A stretch of DNA of 64,000 nt from Macrostomum hystrix (taxonomy: Eukaryota; Animalia; Platyhelminthes). Position 1 is the first letter of the stretch; each line of letters starts with the position of its first letter. The stretch lies in the NCBI GenBank assembly GCA_950097015.1, contig CATNEN010000007.1, positions 4,836,001 to 4,900,000 on the forward strand, written 5' to 3'. Under the pieces are notes generated by a model, which worked only from the letters and a program-made list of their open reading frames with translations, searched no databases and was not told the origin of the DNA. This document shows positions 25,901 through 37,900 of the stretch, piece after piece. The translations under genes were made by a program, and so were the position numbers.

Positions 25901-28900
25901 TGTTGTTGTCGACGTCGATGTCGAAGTGGTCGTTGGTGTTGTTGTCGACGTCGATGTTGAAGTCGTTGTAGGAGGTGTTGTTGTCGACGTCGATGTAGAA
26001 GTGGTGGTAGGTGGTGTTGTCGTTGACGTCGATGTTGATGATGTGGTCGTTGTTGGGGGTGTTGTTGTCGATGTCGATGTAGACGTGGTGGTAGGTGGTG
26101 TTGTAGTCGACGTCGATGTGGTCGTTGGTGGTGTTGTTGTCGATGTCGTTGAGGTTGAAGTGGTAGTAGTCGGTGGTGTTGTTGTTGATGATGTGGTCGT
26201 TGTTGGTGGTGTTGTAGTTGACGTTGTGGACGTTGTTGACGTTGTTGGTGGCGTCGTCGTTGTCGACGTTGATGTTGTAGTGGTAGTTGGTGGTGTTGTT
26301 GTCGACGTCGATGTTGATGTTGTGGTCGTTGTTGGGGGTGTTGTTGTCGATGTCGATGTAGACGTGGTGGTAGGTGGTGTTGTAGTCGACGTCGATGTGG
26401 TCGTTGGTGGTGTTGTTGTCGAGGTCGTTGAGGTTGAAGTGGTAGTAGTCGGTGGTGTTGATGTTGATGTTGTGGTCGTTGTAGGAGGTGTTGTTGTCGA
26501 CGTCGATGTTGATGTTGTCGTTGTTGGTGGTGTTGTAGTTGACGTTGTGGACGTTGTTGACGTCGTTGGTGGCGTCGGCGTTGTCGACGTTGATGTCGTA
26601 GTGGTAGTTGGTGGTGTTGTTGTCGACGTCGATGTTGATGTTGTGGTCGTTGTTGGAGGTGTTGTTGTCGACGTCGATGTTGATGTTGTCGTTGTTGGTG
26701 GTGTTGTAGTTGACGTTGTGGACGTTGATGACGTCGTTGGTGGCGTCGTCGTTGTCGACGTTGATGTCGTAGTGGTAGTTGGTGGTGTTGTTGTCGACGT
26801 CGATGTCGAAGTGGTTGTTGTTGGTTGTGTTGTTGTCGTTGTTGACGTACTTGTTGTTGTCGATCTTTGCTTGAAGCAGCCGTAGATACCTATCTGGATG
26901 TCGACGCTGTTGTTGTCAGTGACGGATGTGTAGTAGATCTCGAAACGTAGCATTTTTGAAACAATGGACAGGGTGCTCAGGCAGCTCATTAGATCGAGCT
27001 TGCAATTTGTGAGGTTGCTTCCGGTGAAATAGTAAGTGTCCCAGTTTAGCTGCGCCAGATTCGGTTTGTTGTAGACGCGAACAGCTTTAATATCGGAGGT
27101 AGAAAATCGTAGCTCAATTCGTCCGATTTCGATTCCTGTACTGCTTTCAGCAGCTGGGTTGACTTCAATCAGAATATTCTCATTGGGACTGCTAAGCGAC
27201 TTTGAGTTCGGAATGTTTAAGTTGAATGGAACTGGCGATGACAGACGCAGCTTTTGCAGGTCGCTTTGTGTGTAGCCAGTTTGTGTTGAACTGATTATCT
27301 GGATTTCTGTTGGAGTAACAATATCCGGATTGGAAAGGCCTTCCAGCTCAACGCAAGCCCGACGCGCAGTAGTTGTGGTCGGCAGAGTTGTTGTAGACGA
27401 AGTTGAAGTCGAAGTGGTCGTTGGTGGCGTTGAGGTCGACGTCGATGTCGAAGTGGTCGTTGGTGGTGTTGTTGTCGACGTCGATGTCGAAGTGGTCGTT
27501 GGTGGTGTTGTTGTCGATGTCGATGTCGAAGTAGTAGTTGGTGGTGTCGTTGTCGACGTCGATGTCGAAGTAGTAGTTGGTGGTGTTGTTGTCGACGTCG
27601 ATGTCGAAGTGGTAGTTGTTGGTGGCGTAGTAGTAGACGTTGATGTGGAGGTTGACGTTGTAGACGTCGACGTGGTTGTTGTCGGTGGTGTTGTTGTGGT
27701 GCTGCTGGTTGTTGTAGACAATCTTGTGTAGCAACCAAGCATGCTGACCTGAATCGAAACAGGCAGATTGTTTGTATTTCTGTAGCTGATCTTAATTCTG
27801 ATTCGGTTTGTTCGAATTCCGAGACCACCGATTGACGCACACTCCACAAAGTTGGCCATGCACACAGAAAGCTCGTCTGGGGTGCTCGCCGACTTCACCA
27901 GAGTGAATGTCGAGGTGACGCCAGACGACTCGAACAGTTCGATTGATGAAATCAGACCCGGAGTGATAGTAATGATGCTGAGCTTTCCGATTGTCGATTG
28001 ACTTCCATCGTCGCCACTGACATTGAAATCGAAGGTGATGCTCTCATCCTTGCGCGTTGAAGATGGCGCGCGGTTCACATCTAAGCCGGAAGCTGAAGAT
28101 GGTCGCAGTAGGCTCAAGTCGGAGACGGGAATGAGACCGACACCTTGAGTGGAAGAGCTGATTGAAATGTCATTCAGGCCGATCGGACCATTGCTAGCCA
28201 TGCCATCCTCTTCAAGACAACGAGTCACAGTATTTGTGGTCTTTGCCAGAATGACTTCAGTTGTTGTCTGAGGCTGTGTTGTAGTCGAAGTCGAAGTCGA
28301 AGTAGTGGTCGTAGGTGGTGTTGTTGTCGACGTCGATGTCGAAGTGGTCGTTGGTGTTGTTGTCGACGTCGATGTTGAAGTCGTTGTAGGAGGTGTTGTT
28401 GTCGACGTCGATGTAGACGTGGTGGTAGGTGGTGTTGTCGTTGACGTCGATGTTGATGATGTGGTCGTTGTTGGGGGTGTTGTTGTCGATGTCGATGTAG
28501 ACGTGGTGGTAGGTGGTGTTGTAGTCGACGTCGATGTGGTCGTTGGTGGTGTTGTTGTCGATGTCGTTGAGGTTGAAGTGGTAGTAGTCGGTGGTGTTGT
28601 TGTTGATGATGTGGTCGTTGTTGGTGGTGTTGTAGTTGACGTTGTGGACGTTGTTGACGTCGTTGGTGGCGTCGTTGTTGTCGACGTCGATGTAGACGTG
28701 GTGGTAGGTGGTGTTGTCGTTGACGTCGATGTTGATGATGTGGTCGTTGTTGGGGGTGTTGTTGTCGATGTCGATGTAGACGTGGTGGTAGGTGGTGTTG
28801 TAGTCGACGTCGATGTGGTCGTTGGTGGTGTTGTTGTCGATGTCGTTGAGGTTGAAGTGGTAGTAGTCGGTGGTGTTGTTGTTGATGATGTGGTCGTTGT

Positions 28901-31900
28901 TGGTGGTGTTGTAGTTGACGTTGTGGACGTTGTTGACGTTTTTGGTGGCGTCGTCGTTGTCGACGTTGATGTTGTAGTGGTAGTTGGTGGTGTTGTTGTC
29001 GACGTCGATGTTGATGTTGTGGTCGTTGTTGGGGGTGTTGTTGTCGATGTCGATGTAGACGTGGTGGTAGGTGGTGTTGTAGTCGACGTCGATGTGGTCG
29101 TTGGTGGTGTTGTTGTCGAGGTCGTTGAGGTTGAAGTGGTAGTAGTCGGTGGTGTTGATGTTGATGTTGTGGTCGTTGTAGGAGGTGTTGTTGTCGACGT
29201 CGATGTTGATGTTGTCGTTGTTGGTGGTGTTGTAGTTGACGTTGTGGACGTTGTTGACGTCGTTGGTGGCGTCGGCGTTGTCGACGTTGATGTCGTAGTG
29301 GTAGTTGGTGGTGTTGTTGTCGACGTCGATGTTGATGTTGTGGTCGTTGTTGGAGGTGTTGTTGTCGACGTCGATGTTGATGTTGTCGTTGTTGGTGGTG
29401 TTGTAGTTGACGTTGTGGACGTTGATGACGTCGTTGGTGGCGTCGTCGTTGTCGACGTTGATGTCGTAGTGGTAGTTGGTGGTGTTGTTGTCGACGTCGA
29501 TGTCGAAGTGGTTGTTGTTGGTTGTGTTGTTGTCGTTGTTGACGTACTTGTTGTTGTCGATCTTTGCTTGAAGCAGCCGTAGATACCTATCTGGATGTCG
29601 ACGCTGTTGTTGTCAGTGACGGATGTGTAGTAGATCTCGAAACGTAGCATTTTTGAAACAATGGACAGGGTGCTCAGGCAGCTCATTAGATCGAGCTTGC
29701 AATTTGTGAGGTTGCTTCCGGTGAAATAGTAAGTGTCCCAGTTTAGCTGCGCCAGATTCGGTTTGTTGTAGACGCGAACAGCTTTAATATCGGAGGTAGA
29801 AAATCGTAGCTCAATTCGTCCGATTTCGATTCCTGTACTGCTTTCAGCAGCTGGGTTGACTTCAATCAGAATATTCTCATTGGGACTGCTAAGCGACTTT
29901 GAGTTCGGAATGTTTAAGTTGAATGGAACTGGCGATGACAGACGCAGCTTTTGCAGGTCGCTTTGTGTGTAGCCAGTTTGTGTTGAACTGATTATCTGGA
30001 TTTCTGTTGGAGTAACAATATCCGGATTGGAAAGGCCTTCCAGCTCAACGCAAGCCCGACGCGCAGTAGTTGTGGTCGGCAGAGTTGTTGTAGACGAAGT
30101 TGAAGTCGAAGTGGTCGTTGGTGGCGTTGAGGTCGACGTCGATGTCGAAGTGGTCGTTGGTGATGTTGTTGTCGACGTCGATGTCGAAGTGGTCGTTGGT
30201 GGTGTTGTTGTCGATGTCGATGTCGAAGTAGTAGTTGGTGGTGTCGTTGTCGACGTCGATGTCGAAGTAGTAGTTGATGGTGTTGTTGTCGACGTCGATG
30301 TCGAAGTGGTAGTTGTTGGTGGCGTAGTAGTAGACGTTGATGTGGAGGTTGACGTTGTAGACGTCGACGTGGTTGTTGTCGGTGGTGTTGTTGTGGTGCT
30401 GCTGGTTGTTGTAGACAATCTTGTGTAGCAACCAAGCATGCTGACCTGAATCGAAACAGGCAGATTGTTTGTATTTCTGTAGCTGATCTTAATTCTGATT
30501 CGGTTTGTTCGAATTCCGAGACCACCGATTGACGCACACTCCACAAAGTTGGCCATGCACACAGAAAGCTCGTCTGGGGTGCTCGCCGACTTCACCAGAG
30601 TGAATGTCGAGGTGACGCCAGACGACTCGAACAGTTCGATTGATGAAATCAGACCCGGAGTGATAGTAATGATGCTGAGCTTTCCGATTGTCGATTGACT
30701 TCCATCGTCGCCACTGACATTGAAATCGAAGGTGATGCTCTCATCCTTGCGCGTTGAAGATGGCGCGCGGTTCACATCTAAGCCGGAAGCTGAAGATGGT
30801 CGCAGTAGGCTCAAGTCGGAGACGGGAATGAGACCGACACCTTGAGTGGAAGAGCTGATTGAAATGTCATTCAGGCCGATCGGACCATTGCTAGCCATGC
30901 CATCCTCTTCAAGACAACGAGTCACAGTATTTGTGGTCTTTGCCAGAATGACTTCAGTTGTTGTCTGAGGCTGTGTTGTAGTCGAAGTCGAAGTCGAAGT
31001 AGTGGTCGTAGGTGGTGTTGTTGTCGACGTCGATGTCGAAGTGGTCGTTGGTGTTGTTGTCGACGTCGATGTTGAAGTCGTTGTAGGAGGTGTTGTTGTC
31101 GACGTCGATGTAGACGTGGTGGTAGGTGGTGTTGTCGTTGACGTCGATGTTGATGATGTGGTCGTTGTTGGGGGTGTTGTTGTCGATGTCGATGTAGACG
31201 TGGTGGTAGGTGGTGTTGTAGTCGACGTCGATGTGGTCGTTGGTGGTGTTGTTGTCGATGTCGTTGAGGTTGAAGTGGTAGTAGTCGGTGGTGTTGTTGT
31301 TGATGATGTGGTCGTTGTTGGTGGTGTTGTAGTTGACGTTGTGGACGTTGTTGACGTCGTTGGTGGCGTCGTTGTTGTCGACGTCGATGTAGACGTGGTG
31401 GTAGGTGGTGTTGTCGTTGACGTCGATGTTGATGATGTGGTCGTTGTTGGGGGTGTTGTTGTCGATGTCGATGTAGACGTGGTGGTAGGTGGTGTTGTAG
31501 TCGACGTCGATGTGGTCGTTGGTGGTGTTGTTGTCGAGGTCGTTGAGGTTGAAGTGGTAGTAGTCGGTGGTGTTGATGTTGATGTTGTGGTCGTTGTAGG
31601 AGGTGTTGTTGTCGACGTCGATGTTGATGTTGTCGTTGTTGGTGGTGTTGTAGTTGACGTTGTGGACGTTGTTGACGTCGTTGGTGGCGTCGTCGTTGTC
31701 GACGTTGATGTCGTAGTGGTAGTTGGTGGTGTTGTTGTCGACGTCGATGTTGATGTTGTGGTCGTTGTTGGAGGTGTTGTTGTCGACGTCGATGTTGATG
31801 TTGTCGTTGTTGGTGGTGTTGTAGTTGACGTTGTGGACGTTGATGACGTCGTTGGTGGCGTCGTCGTTGTCGACGTTGATGTCGTAGTGGTAGTTGGTGG

Positions 31901-34900
31901 TGTTGTTGTCGACGTCGATGTCGAAGTGGTTGTTGTTGGTTGTGTTGTTGTCGTTGTTGACGTACTTGTTGTTGTCGATCTTTGCTTGAAGCAGCCGTAG
32001 ATACCTATCTGGATGTCGACGCTGTTGTTGTCAGTGACGGATGTGTAGTAGATCTCGAAACGTAGCATTTTTGAAACAATGGACAGGGTGCTCAGGCAGC
32101 TCATTAGATCGAGCTTGCAATTTGTGAGGTTGCTTCCGGTGAAATAGTAAGTGTCCCAGTTTAGCTGCGCCAGATTCGGTTTGTTGTAGACGCGAACAGC
32201 TTTAATATCGGAGGTAGAAAATCGTAGCTCAATTCGTCCGATTTCGATTCCTGTACTGCTTTCAGCAGCTGGGTTGACCTCAATCAGAATATTCTCATTG
32301 GGACTGCTAAGCGACTTTGAGTTCGGAATGTTTAAGTTGAATGGAACTGGCGATGACAGACGCAGCTTTTGCAGGTCGCTTTGTGTGTAGCCAGTTTGTG
32401 TTGAACTGATTATCTGGATTTCTGTTGGAGTAACAATATCCGGATTGGAAAGGCCTTCCAGCTCAACGCAAGCCCGACGCGCAGTAGTTGTGGTCGGCAG
32501 AGTTGTTGTAGACGAAGTTGAAGTCGAAGTGGTCGTTGGTGGCGTTGAGGTCGACGTCGATGTTGAAGTTGTCGTTGAGGCGATCGTCGTTGATGGAGTA
32601 GTAGTTGATGTCGATGTCGAAGTTGTGGTTGTCGATGTTTTTGTTGTCCTTTGTTGGTAGCATCCGAGCATCTTGATTTTTATATGCTGAGGCATTATAT
32701 TTACAAATGTAATTTTTATTGATATTTTTGTTGCTCGAAGCCCAGACCCTGGAATCTTCGCACATTCAATCATATCGTTGAAGCAAGCGTTAATTTCTGA
32801 AGCCTCAGTTGCATTGACAATGAGATCTTCCGGTGACAAATTGTTGTAGTTTGCTCTTAGCTCTACTCCTCGGAGCAAAGATTTAGGTCCAACCTGAGCA
32901 ATTATTAGCGACCCTATTGTTGATGCACTCCCATCGTCTCCAGCCACAAAGAAATCGAATTGTACAGACTCTGTTGTTGGTGTATTGGAGTTTCCTGTGA
33001 TTTTAAAACCGACTCCCGCCGTGCTAAATCGTAGTAAATCTATGCTTCGATTCGAATAGGAGCTAACGCCAAGAGATGCAGCCCGCAGATTGATTTCATC
33101 GGAACTGATTATGTTTGAGTCAGCCATGCCGTCCTTGTCAATGCAGCGTGGTGCCGGCGTTTCAGTTTTTGCCTTGACAGCTTCTGTTGTCGAGTAGGCT
33201 GTTGTTGGTGGAAGAGTTGTCAGGAGCTTTTGAAAGCAGCCGTGAACGGAGAGTTTCACTGAAATAGTTGTTTCTTGGTTGAAGTTAAAAGTCAAGCGGA
33301 CTTCCTGCGCTGTCAGCGGGGTGGAGTTCTCTGGCAAAGCGCAGCGCAGCAAGTCAGGGAAGCAGCGACGCTCTGAAGTTGTCAAGTTTGCTAGCCTTGT
33401 GTAGTCCGTATCACTGAACCTCTTGTACTCAACAATTATAGATGTAGTTGGTATGAAAAAGTCCGTGGAAATCAAGGTGAGCTTCGTCAGCCTGGAGTTA
33501 ATTGGAGTGTTCTGTGTCAGTGAAATAGTTATAGTGGCACTTGCTCCAGTCGTGTTGAGAACAAAGCTCTCAGGGTACTCAGGTCTCAGTAGAGACTTGG
33601 GTTTCTTAGCAGACGAGGTCGGCTCGATTCTGATGTCCTCATCGCGAATGACCGTATTGGAGGCCATTCCATCCTGCTCGTCCGGTTCGCAAACCCTAGG
33701 GATGCTTGCGGTTGTTGTTGTTGTAGTCGTTGTTGCTGAAATCAAAGGTGAAAATTAGGAACGGAGTTGGTTTCGAAGTATTTGAATCACTTTTTTTTTA
33801 TTAAACAGCTTTATGACTTTTTAGAGAGTGACTTAATTGTGCCATTCTACAAGAAATGCAAACTAATGAAAGCAGCAAGACGAATTTTTCGGAAATTGAA
33901 CTCATTTTAACTATTTACATCGAATTCACATTTAACGAAACAATGATTCGAAAGTGAAATTTATAAATCGAGCAAAACAATATCTTATTGGCTAAGTTGT
34001 ACACTGAGATCTCACACAGTTACGATCAGATCAGATGTAATAGATTGGCTAACATGTAATTTCCACGTGATTTGAAGCTAAATCTTTGAATGGGTCAAAT
34101 CAAGGCATATGCCAGAGAGATGGTTCGCTGGAATGGGGCCATGCAAGTCTGCCCGTGAAACGATTCTACGAAATTCCCAGTAGCATCTTCCAAACACACA
34201 ATGTCTGCACAAAGCGTGCAACTCACTAAGACAGCTAGGAGACTCGTCCTCTCCGTTCCTGCATTCGACAATGCCGTCGCAACGGTGAGCGCAGATACTC
34301 ACTCCTGCGCTATTTAAGCACCGCACATTGTCCCCAGTGCAGGGGGTCGTTACAGTAGTGGCCGATGTCGTCGTTGGAGTTGTTGTCGTTATTGAGCTGG
34401 TCGTTGTCGTCGTTGGAACTGGAGTTGTAGAGAAAGTCGTGATTTCAGACGTCGTCGGAGAGGTTGTAGATGGCGTCGATGAAGTTGTCGGTGGTGTTGT
34501 TGTGGTGCTGCTGGTTGTTGTAGACAATCTTGTGTAGCAACCAAGCATGCTGACCTGAATCGAAACAGGCAGATTGTTTGTATTTCTGTAGCTGATCTTA
34601 ATTCTGATTCGGTTTGTTCGAATTCCGAGACCACCGATTGACGCACACTCCACAAAGTTGGCCATGCACACAGAAAGCTCGTCTGGGGTGCTCGCCGACT
34701 TCACCAGAGTGAATGTCGAGGTGACGCCAGACGACTCGAACAGTTCGATTGATGAAATCAGACCCGGAGTGATAGTAATGATGCTGAGCTTTCCGATTGT
34801 CGATTGACTTCCATCGTCGCCACTGACATTGAAATCGAAGGTGATGCTCTCATCCTTGCGCGTTGAAGATGGCGCGCGGTTCACATCTAAGCCGGAAGCT

Positions 34901-37900
34901 GAAGATGGTCGCAGTAGGCTCAAGTCGGAGACGGGAATGAGACCGACACCTTGAGTGGAAGAGCTGATTGAAATGTCATTCAGGCCGATCGGACCATTGC
35001 TAGCCATGCCATCCTCTTCAAGACAACGAGTCACAGTATTTGTGGTCTTTGCCAGAATGACTTCAGTTGTTGTCTGAGGCTGTGTTGTAGTCGAAGTCGA
35101 AGTCGAAGTAGTGGTCGTAGGTGGTGTTGTTGTCGACGTCGATGTCGAAGTGGTCGTTGGTGTTGTTGTCGACGTCGATGTTGAAGTCGTTGTAGGCGGT
35201 GTTGTTGTCGACGTCGATGTAGAAGTGGTGGTTGTTGGTGTTGTCGTTGACGTCGATGATGATGTGGTCGTTGTTGGGGGTGTTGTTGTCGATGTCGATG
35301 TAGACGTGGTGGTAGGTGGTGTTGTAGTCGACGTCGATGTGGTCGTTGGTGGTGTTGTTGTCGAGGTTGTTGAGGTTGAAGTGGTAGTAGTCGGTGGTGT
35401 TGTTGTTGATGATGTTGTCGTTGTTGGTGGTGTTGTAGTTGACGTTGTGGACGTTGTTGACGTCGTTGGTGGCGTCGTTGTTGTCGACGTTGATGTAGTA
35501 GTGGTAGTTGGTGGTGTTGTTGTCGACGTCGATGTTGATGTTGTGGTCGTTGTTGGTGGTGTTGTAGTTGACGTTGTGGACGTTGTTGACGTCGTTGTTG
35601 GCGTCGTTGACGTAGACGTTGATGTAGTAGTGGTAGTTAGTGGTGTTGTTGTCGACGTCGATGTTGATGTTGTGGTCGTTGTTGGTGGTGTTGTAGTTGA
35701 CGTTGTGGACGTTGTTGACGTCGTTGGTGGCGTCGTTGTTGTCGACGTTGATGTAGTAGTGGTAGTTGGTGGTGTCGTTGTCGACGTCGATGTCGATGTT
35801 GTGGTCGTTGTTGGGGGTGTTGTTGTCGATGTCGATGTAGACGTGGTGGAAGGTGGTGTTGTAGTCGACGTCGATGTGGTCGTTGGTTGTGTTGTTGTCG
35901 AGGTCGTTGAGGTTGAAGTGGTAGTCGTCGGTGGTGTTGTAGTCGACGTTGTGGATGTTGATGTTGTTGTAGGCGTTGTTGTTGTCGATGTTGTTGTGGT
36001 TGTTGTGGTTGTTGATGTTGTGCTACAAGACTGCTCATCTGTTCCATCCTAGGAATGTCATAAAAAGATTTGTTTTTTTTCGCTGTGAAATTCTTTTTAA
36101 TGCAAGGATCACCAGTGCTCTTATTTACTTACGCTGCAATCCGCTTTTCCATCACAAAGCTGGGTCACATTGATACATTTGCATTGGTCGCATATTAGTG
36201 TGTTGCGTTCCATACACAGGCATTCTGAAACGGGAATGGATCATAAATAGATAGACAAATTTTCTCAGTCAGAATTTTACTTGAAATTCTTTTGTTTGCT
36301 GCTGGCCTCTGATTGGATCAGCAACTTGGGTTGGTGCGAAATCCAATTAAGTTACTTACTGCAGCCTCTCTCGTCGCTGCCGTCGCCGCAGTCGTCGTGC
36401 CCGTCGCAATGGTTGGTTCGCGGGATGCACTTAGTCACGGTTGTGCCAGGTACGCCGCAGGTGAACTCCAAAACGGCGTCACACTCTAATTGGTTGGGTG
36501 AAAGAGAGATTAATTGATTGCTTGGTTATTTTTCTATTGATTGATTGATTCTGAGAGGCGCGCAGATGAACTTAATGAAAGTACTTTGCAGGGGTTCGGT
36601 GGCAGGTTAACGCGTTTGCCTCTGGCACCAATGTCCTTGAGGTCGATTCCGCGGCGATGCATTTATTTGGGGCGCAGCTGCTGAGAGAAGGCTTGTGGGC
36701 TTGTCGTACAATTTACGCCCTTGAGGGCTAACCCCCAAGGCACAGTAAAATTGTTCACTGCCTGACGTTAAGAAATTCAGGACAGATGTACACACCTGTG
36801 TGAGCGTGTGACTGCATACACAGAGTATCTGAGTGCGAGTGTGCTAAGGAGTCTAGGTGCGACTAAGTGCGAGTGCGCGAAATGGGCAGAATTGCCTCCT
36901 CGCTGGCTAGTGTCAACAAATAATGTGCTGGTGCTCACCGCCATCCTGTAGTTATTATTCTTATTAAGCACATCATGCACTGCAGTTCCAACTCTGAGGA
37001 ATAGCCTATCTTACTCTTGCAATTCTCCTCGTCTGTGGTGTCGGGTAGGCCGCAGTCGTAGACGCCATCGCATCGCTTCTGCTTCGGGAGGCACTTGCCG
37101 GTCTTGTTGCACTGGATCTCGGTCGGATTGCAACCTTTCCCGAATTCAGGTGAACTTTTTTCTTTAATTCAATTTAATTGCGCGTAAACCCCTTGCCAAT
37201 CCGAATCAACTAGCTGCAATTTCAAGCTTACTAACTCAATAATAAAAAATAATATTACTCTTCCATAAACAGTGAACCGAACTTCAACAAGCTTGTATGA
37301 TCAGATAGGCTCATAGAGCAATCACAATTCCTGCTAAATTCTAGCCTAGCAGTCTCCATACACAGTCTCGTCGCCTCACCGCATCCCATTTCGTCTGAGC
37401 CGTCCGTGCACTGAGGAATGCCGTCGCATTTCAGCGACATGGCGACGCACTGCTGGGTTGTGATGCAGCGGAAGAAAGATGGCGAGCAGGTCGTGTCTGC
37501 GGGTGGCGGACTTTATGTTTTACTCCTTGCCATCATCATTAATCAGCTTTTCCTGCAACTGCTAAGCCTTCCTGGGTTGTGGACTTATTAGTTATTTTGG
37601 TTTCAGATTGTTAGAACGAAACTCTATGTGCCAGACAATGGGCGGCGATGCTTTCCGGCAATATCCGATTGATGCACGCTGCGGCCATGCACCATACAAA
37701 TAACTCAACTATTACAAATCGGACAGGACACCTTACCGTTAGACAGGAACTGTTATATGAGACACCTAGCTGTTATATGAGACACCTAGCTGTTATATGA
37801 GACACCTAGCTGTTATATGAGACACCTAGCTGTTTATATGAGACACCTAGCTGTTATATCAGACACCTAGCTGTTATATGAGACACCTAGCTGTTATATG

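Noticed and set aside
17490-36052. Long Val/Asp/Gly-rich plus-strand ORFs (up to 537 aa) and His/Arg/Gln- or Asn/Asp-rich alternative-frame ORFs
   Set aside because: These are antisense and frame-shifted shadows of the ACN-rich Thr tracts. They begin and end at module boundaries and have no independent splice or domain evidence.
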